Positions 30,801 through 43,311 of a DNA stretch of 64,000 nt are shown here, piece after piece. Positions within the stretch are counted from its first letter, which is position 1. Each line of letters begins with the position of its first letter. The notes under the pieces were generated by a model. It was not told the origin of the DNA, did not search any database, and saw nothing but the letters and a program-made list of their open reading frames with translations. A program made the position numbers and the translations under genes. Source of the stretch: Prorocentrum cordatum. Taxonomy: Eukaryota. The DNA lies in assembly GCA_963575745.1 (NCBI GenBank), contig CAUYUJ010000001.1, positions 2,046,001 to 2,110,000 of the forward strand, read 5' to 3'.

Positions 30801-33796
30801 ACACATGCTCGCGGCCAGCCTGGGCTAGAGCTGGACGCACGTGCGCCCAGATGTCCCTCCAGCGTTCGGCCCCTCACTGGCCGTGCAGGTCGGGCTCCTG
30901 CATGTGCAGCCAGAGCGTGGCCTCCGGATGTTCCACATGTGAGTCCAGCTACGTGTGCTCTCACTTCCGTGCTCTGCTTGGAATTCTTCCACGTCTGAGT
31001 GCCCTCCGCCTCCCCCCGTCCTTCGCGGCCGTCCTCCCTGTCTTGTCCCTCCCCTCCTGCACGCCGGCCGATTCGCGTATCGGTCACCCCGGTCGTCCAC
31101 CGCTGGAGCAGTTCTTCTGCCCCGCCGCCGACGACAACGGTTCCCACTCCTCTTTAGCAAGTCAAGCCCAGGCGTGAGGGTACTACGTCAGTGTCGCCGA
31201 CGTTCCCTCCGGTGTGGCCGGTGCCCCTCGTTCCCTTGCTCGGTCCCCCCGCCCCCATGCCCCTCCGAGTTCCACGCGGCAGCCCACGGGATCGGGCGTT
31301 GCCGGAGGTGGCCCACAGAGGGTCTCCAGCTCACCCGTCACGGGGCCCAGAGTCAGAGGAGGAGGAGGAGGAGGAGGAGGAGGAGGAGGCTCGGAGTCAC
31401 GAGGCCCAGAGTGATGGCGTGCATTCCGCGACGCTGGGAGGTTTCTTGTTGCTTCGCGCGGACTTCAGAAACGAGGGCCGCTGGATTCTCTGGACTTCCT
31501 GGGGCGCATCCTGAGCCGACCGCGTCGTGACATCGGGCCCGTTTGCAGAGAGCCCTAGGTGCTCAGGAATGGCACGAGAAGCTCGCTGCGCCCAGGGCCG
31601 GGGACACCTCTGGCAGCCACCCCGAGCGGACTCTTCGGTAGCAACACATGGGAGCCTTGTATGCCTTCGGTAATTATAGACGCTTGGCGTGACCCCACTA
31701 GCCCTTCCAGAAACGGTGCCCAGGCGAGTTGCCTTGAGCAGGGATGTGGAGGAGCATGCAGTATAATGAACGGCTTGGGCCTGGGAAGCCGTCATACCCC
31801 AAGCGGGGGAGAATGGACGAAGGAGGAGGAGGAGGAGTACAGCTATCAAGTCAGGACCCCACCGGCTATCTGACGACAAGGACCTGGGGCTCGCGGGAGT
31901 CAGACCCAGAATGACCCCACCACCCCACCAGGAGGTCCCCTCCAGGCCTCCGCCCAAAACATCACCACATGCGGACGAACCAAAGACACCGAGCAGCAGC
32001 AACATGCATCCGACGAGAGCACCCGACAAGCCCCCGCCCATCAAAGCTAAGGCACCGACCATGCCCCACATGGAGACGATCTATGAGCAGGCTTCCACGC
32101 CGATTGAACAACCACACGCGGGAATGAGATCAGGATCGTCAGACAGATAACGCCAACAGGATGCCATTGCGCGTTAGACCGATAACATCAGAAGCGGACA
32201 CACCCACCTCTCCAAGATCCACGTCCTCACGATGATATCAGAGGCCATCTCTGGCATCAACGACCTAAAGACTACCCACGATTTGGACTGGGATTTCAAC
32301 AACGCAATGAGGCGTCCTGATGACCTACGCCGAGGCATCCCCCAAGTACTACCTCCGACACGAGGCATTCGCAGCAGCTCAAATGTTCGCGATGATCCGC
32401 AGCCAGACAGTCCTCGCCCATTCCGTCAATCACCAGCTTGCCCCGATGGTCGCCTACCCGATCGCCGACGATTGCGACGACCTACCAACGCCAGCTGCAG
32501 CCGCCCAACAGCGTCGTGGCCTCCTTACGCACATCAAGCTGGGCATACGCTATAGCTCATCTTCCGAGCAAGTTCCATTCGCGATCACGCCCTTCCAGAG
32601 GAGCGTCGCCAACATGGCCATTATCAAGACCAACGAGCTGATCGAGGCACAGAGAAGCGCCCTACATGGTAGCGCCGTCGGGGCGAGAACGACAATCAGG
32701 GACCACCCAACCGGGGAGCTGCAACGGACAACCACCCGAATGACGATCAACCAAATCCAATAACACACAGCGACGCACCCACTGAGCCCACGCACCAAGG
32801 CTCACCACCCGCAGCGCCCTCTCCGCAAGAGCACGACGTATTGCAGATTGCCAACACCATCAGCAGGGTTGACCGCCTCGTCGCGGAACACTGCTTGTGC
32901 TCGCCGCAACACTCGATCACGGAAACGCGACCATGGCTGGCAACCGCTACGAAACACCCCGCAGCAGATGCCATTACCAACCCGCAGGATGATCGCCGAC
33001 ACCAGCAACACGACACTTGCCGACGACATCGACCACACGAGCCAGCGTTTGCTGCCAGCAGAAGGCGTGGACCACCGCGGTGGAGAGGAGAAGGACAACG
33101 CCAGGAACCAGGCTACAGACGAGGCATAGACCATGGACGCAGCCACCCCGCTCGGAGCAGAGCCAGCATAGTAATTGTGGCCACCATTCGCAACCGCATC
33201 CCAGCTCGGGACCGGCTGGACGGCGGCTCATCTGTGCGTCACCCAACTTCTGAAAGCTTGATTCGTTGTGCCTCACTAAACCGACAGCAGACGTCACCCG
33301 CGGCCAGCTGCTTCATACCACATCCACTTTCCGGTATTATTCTTTCACTAAACAGCCGCACGCACTGGACACCCAGCACAAGCAACAGTTGGCCCGCACT
33401 GCCTACCATTTTCTCCGACCTCCTACCCACACTCCCCAGGCGACGGCATCTCTTGCATGTATCTTCGTGGCCATCATGCAGCACAGCACTACGGCGAGCA
33501 CAGCTACGACACGCTATGCTATGCAGTGGGTCCCGCACCCACGCATGGTACATTATCCGACGTACCGCGAGAATGCAAGCTGCACAGACCTGGATAGAGC
33601 TCACTCATGCGCCCCCCTTGAAGGGGGCCTTCATCACCAGCTACGAGCTGGGGCCTCGGGGGTAGCAGCTCGAAGGGCCTCCTTTCCACGGACTTGCGGC
33701 CCTCACCCAACCTTCATTTACTTACTATCTCCTTCCAATTCGTGCGGCGGCGGGAGGGGTGGGGGTTGAACGTGGGCGGGAGGACAGGGATCCAAC

Positions 33797-34380
33797 CGTC
33801 GGCGGTCACGGCGAGCGCCGAAACTACCGCAGACAGCAGCTATACCGGAACAACGATGGCTACAGGTTGCCAGCCGCACCGTTTGCTTCAGCTGCCTGCT
33901 CCAATTTGCCAAAATGTCTGGACTTCTACAGCACGCTGTTTACCTTCAGCCACCTCCACCTCCTCCTCCTCCTCCTCCTCCTCCTCCTCGCTCCTCCTCC
34001 TCCTCCTCCTCCTCCTCCTCCTCCTCTTCCTACTCCTTCCGCTTTCTCCTCTTCCTCCTCCTCCTTACTCACTCACTCACTCACTCACTCACTCACTCAC
34101 ACGCAGTCGCCGACACAAGCCAACAAGCTGTGGGGAGGGGAACACACCAGGCACAGGTGGGATGACACGGGTGCGCAGTGCCCGTCGGCGGTCACGGCGA
34201 TGGCCGAGACCACCGCAGACAGCAGTTATACCGCAACCAATGCATACAGGCCACCAGACGCACATTTTGCATCGGTTGCCGCTACAGGTGCCAACCTGTC
34301 CTGGACTCTACAGCGAGATGTCTACCTTCAGCCACTTCTCTCACTCGCACACAGTCGCCGACAGAAGCCAACTAGCGGTG
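33797..34380. repeat. Two-copy direct repeat interrupted by (TCC)n and (TCAC)n
   Basis: CGGCGGTCACGGCGA..GCCGA.AC.ACCGCAGACAGCAG.TATACCG at ~33800 and ~34186, each followed by CTGGACT..TACAGC and CAGTCGCCGACA.AAGCCAAC. Confidence 0.75.
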
Positions 34381-36350
34381 GCGGGGGTCCGCAGGGGCGG
34401 AGGGACGATGTGCCACAAGCGAGGCCACCGCCTGGGTGGTTTGAACCTCCACACGCCCAGTGGAACCCCGCCAACGACCCACCAGTCCATCCTGTGGAAC
34501 CTCTCGGCCACCTCGGCGGTCGAGGGCCCCCCTTGGAGTGACTGGGGGTCGGGGCGGTGGGGCTCCCAAGGGCAGGGGAGGGGAGAGGCCGTTGAGCCAA
34601 CCACCCTTGGCTCCTCCCCCTCCTCCTCCTCCTCCTCCTCCTCCTCTCCTCCTCCTCCTCCTCCTCCTCCTCCTCCTCCTCCTCCTCCTCCTACAACCTC
34701 TGCGGCCACCGCTGGCGAATGTGGCCGCTGCCGCGCCGCAGCCGCGCGCCCGCCACCATCGCGGGCCCCCCCGGCGATTGCCAGAGAAGCCGCGGCCGCA
34801 GCGCCACCGGCCGCACTCTACCGCACCTCCTCCTCCTCCTCCTCCTCCTCCTCCTCCTCCTCCTCCTCCTCCTCTCCTCCTCCTCCTCTCTCCTCTCCTC
34901 CTCCTCTCCTCCTCCTCCTCCTCCTCCCCCTCCTCGCGCTCCTGCCCCCTCCCCCCTCCGCCGCCGCAGATCCTCCCCAGTGACAGAAGACGTTTTCTGT
35001 ATCATCGCTCCTCCCCCCCACCAGCCGCACTCTCAGCTCTGCCTCGAACACGCGCAATCCGGGGAGTCCCAGCCGCACTGCAGTCCATTCTCCTGTGCAT
35101 TGCCTGCCCAGGCCGCCCTTCTTCGCAGCTCGCACTGCGCCCGCCACCAACTGAAGGGAGGGCGGGTATTGGGTGGGGATGAGGCATCTGCGGAACCAGC
35201 AACGGTGACCACTCAGGCCGCCGATCGTGGCTGGGTGGCCGCAGCCGCGCAAGCTTTGCCACCCCAGCCGCTTGCAGGCTCTGCCACCTGCTTGGTTGCT
35301 TCACCTACTCAGTCCGAAAACCAGAAACGCCCTGCCGCGCCACACCTCCAACATGCACTCTGCAGCTCGGGAGCTTCAACTGGCAAGGGCCGCCGCAGGC
35401 TCGACTTCTCCGCAGCTAGTCCACACCTCCCGCACCTCCAAGACAACTGGCTCGCTCTTGCCCCTAACACTGCTGCAGCTGTCTGGTCCTTCTCCACTTA
35501 CCCGCACCGCTGGCCGCCGTATCGCCACCGCGTTCCCTTCTTCCTCCTTCCTCGAGGTCATGATCACTCACCTCCTCCACCTCCTTATCTTTTTTTTCCT
35601 GTCTGTCTGTCTGTCACACTACCGTTGTTTATGTATACCCCCCACCAGCCGGCGACCCCTGGAGCGGTGCTCCAGGAGCCGCCTGGCCCTAGTTTGATCA
35701 ACACCTCCAGGGCCGACCGTCCCTGGGGGAGGGGAGGGCGGCGTCCAAATGATTCTACCGCCATCAGTTCACAGTTTACAGGAGGAGGAGGAGGAAGAGG
35801 AGGAGGAAGGAGGAGGAGGAGGAGGAGGGGGAGGAGGAGGGTGAGGAGGAGGAGGAGGAGGAGGAAGAGGGGGAGGAGGCGGAGGAGGAGGAGGAGGGGG
35901 GGAGGAGGAGGGGGAGGGGGAGGAGGAGGGGAGGAAGACGAGGAAGAGGAGGAGGAGGAGGAGGGGAGGAGGAGGAGGAGGAGGAGGAGGAGGAGAGGGG
36001 GAGGGGGAGGTGGAGGGGGAGGAGGAGGGGGAGGGGGGGGGGAGCGTGAGGGAGAGGAGGGACCAGGGAGGAGGAGGAGGAATAAGCGGATGAGGAATCG
36101 GAGGAGGAGGAGGAGAAGATGGAGGAGGTGGGGAGGGAGGAGGAAGAGGAGGAGAAGGAGGAGGAGCAGGATGAGCAAGAGGAGGAGGAGGAGGAGGAGA
36201 AGAAGGAGGAAGAAGAAGAAGAGGAGGAGGAGAAGGAAGGGGAGGGGGAGGGGGGGGAGGGGGGGGGGGGGAAGGGAGGGAGAGGAGGAAGGAGGGAGGA
36301 GGCGGAATAGGCGGAGGAGGAAGAGGAGGAGGAGGAGGAGGAGGAGGAGG

Positions 36351-37200
36351 GCCAGCGTAAACCCAATACGCATCTACGATATTGCAAGATTGCGGTAAAC
36401 CCTCCCCCCAAGGTCCCTGTTCAGAGGTCCCTACACGTATTCATTTTCACTGAGGGGAAATTACCCGTTGGAAGACAACCGTTTGAACATCCGGAATTGA
36501 GCCAGAACGCCACCCTTGGCATATCAACGCCGCGAATCACCGTTACTGTTGCGTCTTGACGATCCTGAATCGCGCCAGGACGCCATGCTTGGGACTCCAA
36601 CGCGCGAACCAGCGTGACTGCTGCGCCCTGACATTCCGACATCGAGCCAGAAACACAATTTCTGGTACGCTAATCAGGAGAACACTTGAACATGCTGCCA
36701 ACTCTTAAGACGAATCTGCGCGGCGCTGAGGCGAGAGCCACATTTTGAAAAGGCGCCGCCCTCCATTCGTGAAGCTCGTGCAAACGTTTGAGACGAATGT
36801 GCGCAGCCCTAAGGCGAGAGCCACATTTTGAAACTTAACCTTTTTTCCATACACTTTGACGACGAATGGGCGCGGCGCGAGGGGGATAGCCTCATGTTGA
36901 AAAATAGCCGCCCTCCATCCGAGAAACCTTTGCAAATGTTTAGAACGAATGCGCTCTGCGCGAAGGCGAGAGCCACATTTCAGAAACGGTCCGCCTTCCA
37001 TCCGTGAAGCTCTTGCGAACTTGTAGTACAACGAATGCACGTGGCGTTAAGGCGAGAGCCACTTTTTGAAAGCGGGCCGCCTTCCATATTTCAAGCTTCA
37101 GGACCACGAATGGCGAGGAAGTCTCAGGCGAAACGCACAGCCCGACCTTTCGACCAGCCTCTGGGTGCGAGAAGGAGGACTTATCTTTACGGGAACGAAA
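36351..37200 (+). mobile_element. (GGA)n-embedded composite element, copy 1 (head + ~78-bp tandem units + tail)
   Basis: Head CCAG.GTAAACCCAA...CATC.ACGAT, internal units AAGACGAATGTGCGCGGCGCTAAGGCGAGAGCCACATTTTGAAAA, tail AATGG.GAGGA.GTCTC.GG.GAAAC...GGGTGCGA. GGA tracts flank both ends. Confidence 0.75.
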
Positions 37201-37254
37201 TGGAGGAGGAAGATGAGGAGGAGGAGGAGGAGGGCGAGCAGACAGGTCAGAGGC

Positions 37255-37752
37255 ATTTTGGATGGGTCTCGGAATCTCTTCGGATGCCTTTTGAGAGCTT
37301 CTTGGGGTCCTCTTGGGGCGTTTGGGATGCCTCGTGGGAGTCTCTTGGAGCGTTTTGGGTGCCTCGTGGGAGCTTCTTGGGGCCTCTTGGGGCCCTCCTG
37401 AGAGCCTCTTTGGGGCCTCTTGGAGGTCTCTTCGGCCTCCTGGGCACCCCTTGGGCCACTCTTGGGAGCCTTGGGGGCCATCATGGGCCATCTAGGAGGA
37501 GTTCGATCAAAGAAGGGGGTTGCTCAGTTAGCGCCCCCCCCTCCCAGGAGTCCAAAATTGACCCAAAGCCTTTGGAAAATCAGCGATGGTTGCCTTGTCG
37601 CTGAAGCCTTGAACGCTCCAGCGATCCGCGGCGACCCCCCTACTAGGTCCAGGGGAGGGGGGAGGGGGAGGGGTTAACCATTCCGAAGAGGAAGAAAGGG
37701 GTTTTGAAGAGGGAACTTCCTAAATCACTCACGCCCTAAAGGGCTGGTGTGA
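37255..37752 (+). repeat. Dispersed host repeat (GGGCCT/ATCTT-rich body, G-rich end, CCACTCACGCCCT.AAGGGCTGGT terminus)
   Basis: Related pieces at ~15815-16030, 16760-16848, 28005-28170, 60830-61400, 61850-62040 and 62277-62305. Confidence 0.65.
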
Positions 37753-38939
37753 TCTCGCATTTAGAGCGCACTTGCGTCGATGAGCATCTGGTAATCGATG
37801 GGATAGTTCAGATTCATCGTCGATTCGCGTCAACTGGCGCCGATCTAGCGTAGCTCAGCGTCGGTCAGCGACAGTCAGCGTCGTCTCGCAAGAACCAACA
37901 AAATGGTATGGGAGGCTCCCATGAGTTGCCGCAGGAGACTCGGAGGAGACATGGAGGCCACCGCCACCGAGAGCCTATCAGGGGGGGGGGGGGGGGGAGT
38001 GCGACCTCTAGGCGGCGGTACTCCCGAGCGTCAGCCAGCACCGCTCGGGCGTGCCACCGCCCAGGGGTCGCCCCCTCCCAACCCCCTGATGGGTTCTCGG
38101 GGGCAGAGGTCCCAGACATCCGCCGATGTGATTCTTCCAGCGAGCGGACCTGGAGGCCCCAGCCCCCCTCCCTGGGGCCAGCTTTGCTGCCGGATCCGTG
38201 CGCCCTCGTCCCATGGGCGCGGCACCAGGCCCCCCAGGGGCGCCGGCACCGAGGGAACACGGCCAGCGGACAGAACCACATCGTCGGGGCTCCAGGGCTT
38301 CTGCCTCTCCTCGACGACGGCCCGCGGGCGGGGCCCGCGTTTTTTCCACATTTTCCCAGCGCGCCCCGCGGGCGGGCGGGAGCGGGACGCCCGCGTGGCT
38401 GCACAGGCCCGCCGAGCGGGCGCCCCCCCCGGCGGGCGGGGCCCTCCTCGCGGGGGGCGGCTCTGCGTCTGCCCAGGAGCTCTGCCCGCCGCGCCGGTCT
38501 TCTCGATGGCCCCTCCCCCCTCCACTCCGCGGGAGGAGGAGGAGGAGGAGGAGGAGGAGGAGGAGGAGGAGGAGGAGAGGAGGAGGAGGAGGAGAGGAGG
38601 AGGAGGAGGGAGGAGGAGGGGGAGGAGGGGGAGGAGGGGGAGGAGGGGGAGGAGGAGGAGGAGGAGGAGGGGGAGGAGGGGGGAGGGAGGAGGAGGGAGA
38701 GGAGGAGGAGGAGGAGGAGGAGGAGGGAGGAGGGGGAGGAGGGGGAGGAGGGGGGAGGAGGAGGAGGAGGAAGAGGAGGGGGAGGAGGGGAGGAGGAGGA
38801 GGACAAGCTAGGTGCGCTCGCGTCAACATCTGACATCCTACCCCTCCCTCCCATCCCTTCCCATTGAGCTACTTCATTGTCCTCTCACCGAATCGGGCTT
38901 CGCATCTGACCCTGTTACCTAAGAGGGAAAGGAGGAGGA

Positions 38940-39066
38940 CGACGGCGCGATGAAAACGAAGACGACGACGACGAAGACGACGACGACGACGACAACCACG
39001 ACGACGACGACGACGACGGCGGCGACGACGACGACGACGACGATGAGGACGACCGGCGACGAAGAC
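38940..39066 (+). repeat. (GAC)n microsatellite
   Basis: Direct reading of the sequence. Confidence 0.9.
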
Positions 39067-39204
39067 GGGACGCCGCCCAAAAGGGGGGGGGGGCTTTCTG
39101 CGGCCCCAAAAATCAACGAATCGACACCGGATGTGTAATCACCTCCAATGTTTTTGCCGGGGATCATTTTCTAGATTTGGGGCTTCTTAAAAAGGATCGA
39201 AAAC

Positions 39205-39395
39205 GTCGGCGCTGCAGCGGGAGCACGTTTTGGAACAACGAGAGGCGCAGAAATTGGGCCAGCGCTGCAGCGGGAGCACGATTCGGAACGAGCGGGAGCG
39301 CGGAAATGAGGCCAGCGCTGCAGCGGGAACACGATTCGGAAGGAGCGGGAGCCCGAAAATTAGGCCAGCGCCTCAGCGAGAGCAGCATTTTAGAA
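39205..39395. repeat. ~52-bp degenerate tandem repeat (GGCCAGCGCTGCAGCGGGAGCACGATT)
   Basis: The core recurs at ~39209, 39258, 39311 and 39363. Confidence 0.7.
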
Positions 39396-40136
39396 AAAAA
39401 CACAAGCGAAAACCCAACTCCGGGGAATCCTGTGTGTAAAAAAACAGTACGCGGGGGGGTGCCGAACATCTTCCGGACGCCATCAGGGGAAGTGGGAGAG
39501 TAGTATTCATATTGTGTAATTGTGGAGGAGGGGAGGAGGAGGGAGGAGGGAGGAGGAGGAGGAGGAGGAGGGGGAGGAGGGAGGAGGAGGAGGAGGGGAG
39601 GAGGAGGAGGAGGGGGAGGAGGAGGAGGCGGAGGAGCCACGAGTCATCAACGATGTTGGAATACACCTCCTCCAAGCTCCCTCCAAGCTCCAGGAGGAGG
39701 AGGAGGAGGAGGAGGAGGAGGAGGAGAGGAGGAGGGGGAAGGAGGGGAGGAGGAGGAGGAGGAGGAGGAGGAGGAGGAGGAGGAGGAGGAGGAGGAGGAG
39801 GAAGGATCAGCACGAGGAGGAGGAGGAGGAGGAGCAAGAGGTGGAGGAGGAGGAGGAGGAGAGGAGCAGGAGGAGAAGGAGGAGGAGGCGGAAGAGGGGG
39901 AGGGGGAGTGGGAGGATCAGGAGGGGGAGTGGGGGGGGAAGTGTGAGGGAGAGGAATGAGAAGGGAGGAGGAGGAATAGGCGGATGAGGAATCGGAGGAG
40001 GAGGAGGAGGAGGAGGAGGAGGAGGAGGAGATGGAGGAGGTGGAGGAGGAGGAGGAGAAGGAGGAGGAGGAGGAGGATGGGGAGGAGGAGAGAGAGGAGG
40101 GGGAGGAGGGGGAGGAGAAGGAGGAGGAGGAGGAGG

Positions 40137-41115
40137 ACCAGTGTGTACCCAAGAATCATCAACGATGCTGACATAAACCCTCCCTCTAAGTACCTTCATA
40201 GGCCCCATACACTGGTTCATGCTTACTGAGGGAACTGCCTCGTTGGAAGATACTTGCTTGAAGACCCTGAAGCATGCCAAAGCATGTGTTCTCGTGCTCC
40301 CAACGCCACGGACCAACCTGACTTGAACACCGCGAACCAACAGAACTTGTGCTTCCTCATGAGCCTGAATCCTTCCGAAACATGAGTTTGGTACGCTGAT
40401 CATGGGAATCGGCGAGACCTTGCATTTGTTAAGACGAATGTGCGCGGCGCTAAGGCGAGAGCCACATGTTGAAAAGGAGCCGCCCTCAATACGTGAAACT
40501 GTTGCAAATGTTTAGAACGAATGTGCGCGGCGCTAAGGCGAGAGTCATTTTGAAAACGACTCGCCATCAATCCATGAAGCTTTTGCAACTTGCTAAGACG
40601 AATGTGCCCGGCGCTAAGGCGAGAGCCACATGTTGAAGACCTCCCGCCCTCAATCCGTGAAGCGTTTGCAACTTGTTAAGACGATTGTGCGCGGCGCTAC
40701 GGCGAGAGCAACATTTTGAAAACGACTCGCCCTCAACCCTTGAAACACTTGCAAATTGTTAAGACGATTGTGCGCGGCGCTATAGCGAGAGCCACATTTT
40801 GAAAACGACCCGCCCTCCATCCGTGAAGCTCTTGCAAATTGTTCAGACAAATGTGCGAGGCACTAAGGCAGGAATTACATGTTGAAAACCACTCGCCTTC
40901 AATCAGTGAAACTCTTGCACATCGTTAAGACGAATAAGCGCGGCGCTAAGGCGAGAGCCACATCTTGAAAACGACCCGCCCTCCATTTGCGAAACTGTTG
41001 CTATGGCCTTGAGTTTCAGAGCCAGAAATGGTGAGGAGGTCTCGGGCGGAACGCCCAGCCCGCCCTAAAAATTGGCCTCGGGGTGCGACAGGGGGAAGTT
41101 ATGTATAAGGAGAAG
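40137..41115 (+). mobile_element. (GGA)n-embedded composite element, copy 2
   Basis: Same head, tandem ~78-bp units and tail as 36351-37200. Confidence 0.75.
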
Positions 41116-41167
41116 GAGTGGAGGAGGAGGAGGAGGAGGGGGAGGACGATGAGCAGGAGGAGGAGAA

Positions 41168-42125
41168 CCAGTGTAAACCCAAGAGTCATCAACGATGCTG
41201 GAATTAACCCTCCCTCCAAGCTCCCTCTTCATAGGCCCCATACAGCGGTTCATTGTTACTGACGGAACTGCCTCGTTGGAAGTAATTGCTTGAAGACCCT
41301 GAAGCATGCCAAAACATTGTTCTCGGGATTCCAACACCACGGATCAACCTGACTGCTGCGCCTCGACGGTCTTGAATCGTGCCAGAACGCCATCCCTGGG
41401 ATTTGAGCACCGCGAACCAACATAACCTGTGCACCCTCATAAGGCGGAGTCCTTCCAAAACATGAGCTTGGTATGCTGATCATGGGGATCCGCGAGGCTC
41501 TTGCATTTGTTAAGACGAATGGTCGCGGCACTGCGGCGAGAGCCACATTTGGAAAAGGGACCGTGGTCAATCCGTGAAGCTCTTGCAAGTGTTTAAGACG
41601 AATGAGCGCGGCGCTGAGGCGAGAGCCACGTTTTGAAAACGACTCGCCCTCAACCCGTGGAACACTTGCAGCATTATAGGGCGAATGTGCGCGGCGCTAC
41701 GGCGAGAGCAACATGTTGAAAACGAGCCACCCTCAATCCGCGAAGCTGCTGCAATTCGTTAAGACGAATGCGCGTGGCGATAAGGCGGGGGGCAGATTTT
41801 GAATACCTCCCACCATCAACGTGTGAAACTCTTGCAACTGTTTAAGACGATTGTGCGCGGCGCTGAGGCGATGGCCACGTGTTGAAAGCCACTCGCCTTC
41901 AATCCGTAAAACCCTTCATATGTATAAAACGAATGTGCGCGGCGCTACGGCTGGAACCACAGTTTGAAAACGATCCGCCATGCCCTCCGTGTGTGAAACG
42001 GCTGCCAAGTTTTAAGCTTCAGACTCGGAAATGGTGAGGACGTCTCAGGTGAAACCCCTGGCCCGCCCTAGAAACTTACCTCGGGGTGCGACAGGGAGGT
42101 GCTATGTACACGGAGATGGAATAAC
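41168..42125 (+). mobile_element. (GGA)n-embedded composite element, copy 3
   Basis: Head CCAGTGTAAACCCAAGAGTCATCAACGATGCTG, tandem units, tail GGGGTGCGACAGGGAG. It is separated from copy 2 only by a GGA tract. Confidence 0.75.
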
Positions 42126-42261
42126 GGCGGAGGAGGAGGAGCAGGAGGACGAGGAGGAGAAGGAGGAGGGGGCGGGAGAGGGGGAGGAGGGGAACACCGA
42201 GGGAAAAACAACGATGAGGAGCAGGAGGAGGAGCAGGAGGAGGAAACGGAAAAAGAGGAGA

Positions 42262-42292
<31 letters not shown>

Positions 42293-43311
42293 AGACTCGG
42301 CCTTGCGCGTGGTCTGTGCCGATCCCTGACCGCGCGTGAACCCGTGCAATCAGAGCCCTACCTCGAACGATCATCGATCGAGAGCGATGAGGTCGTGAGT
42401 AGCGCGCGCCGTGCAGCCTGTCGTACGTTCTCGTACCCAGGCAGTCGCAAATCGTGAAACCCCTCGAGGGCTGGGGGGGACACCCCACTGGCCTCCCAGT
42501 GCCGGGCCCACGTCGCTGCGGGCGACGGGCAGGCCTCCGAGGCACCCGCCCCGCCCCGAGGAGGGACCCACACTCCAGCAAGCGACGGACGAAAGGGGAA
42601 CGACGCGGGAGAGAGGCGACGAGGCGAGAGGGCGAGGCCAAAGCAGGAGAAGAGCAGAGGAAGCAGCGGAGGGGAGTGTGGGCCCCCGAATTCAGGAAGA
42701 TGGCCACTCCGAGAAGACAGTGAGGACAGTGCCGACGGGGAGCAACGGTGCGAGGGTCACTAACGGCGCACCGCCGGGCAGTCCCCACTCGCGCCGCGCC
42801 CCCCGCTCGGCGAGGCCTAGAGGAACGGGGCCTCGGGCATCGAGGTCACGTGACAGTCAGGTACTCGGTGGTGGCCAGCGCGGGCGTGCACACAAAACCG
42901 CGAATACACCACATAACATCATCAAAGAACGAGAGAGGGCGCGCAGAAGCCGAAGACGGGCGGCGGCATCAGGAACGTGGGTGCGAGGAGGACGTATGGA
43001 CCAGCCCGTCTGAGTGTATAATGTCCAGTATCTGTAAAAAAGTAAGTGTCCATCTGAGCCAACTGTGAGCAGTCAAGTAAGACGAGGGGTTCCGTCACAA
43101 AGACTTGAAGCACGAGTCGGCGGGAGTCCACCAACCTCAAATCCATCGGTACACAACGCTCCTTCGGAAAGATAGTTTGTGAACTCAGAATATGGAGGTG
43201 CTGTCCACGTCCGTCATACAGTGTCATTCTGCGAGAGTTCCCGTGCTCTGATGCGGGCAAAGAGGGCAGCCCGACGAGCCTCCCACGGGGCGGGGCCCGA
43301 ATCTGGCTGAC

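Noticed and set aside
29630..31147. 505-aa minus-strand ORF
   Set aside because: It crosses several unrelated repeat blocks, is low-complexity, and shows no recognisable domain.
33694..40403. Long overlapping ORFs in several frames (e.g. 34719-36398, 37865-38854)
   Set aside because: Simple-repeat artefacts, open on both strands at once.
40430..42000. CRISPR-like ~78-bp periodic repeats
   Set aside because: The inter-core sequences are related to each other and the cores are degenerate. The array is part of a dispersed composite element.
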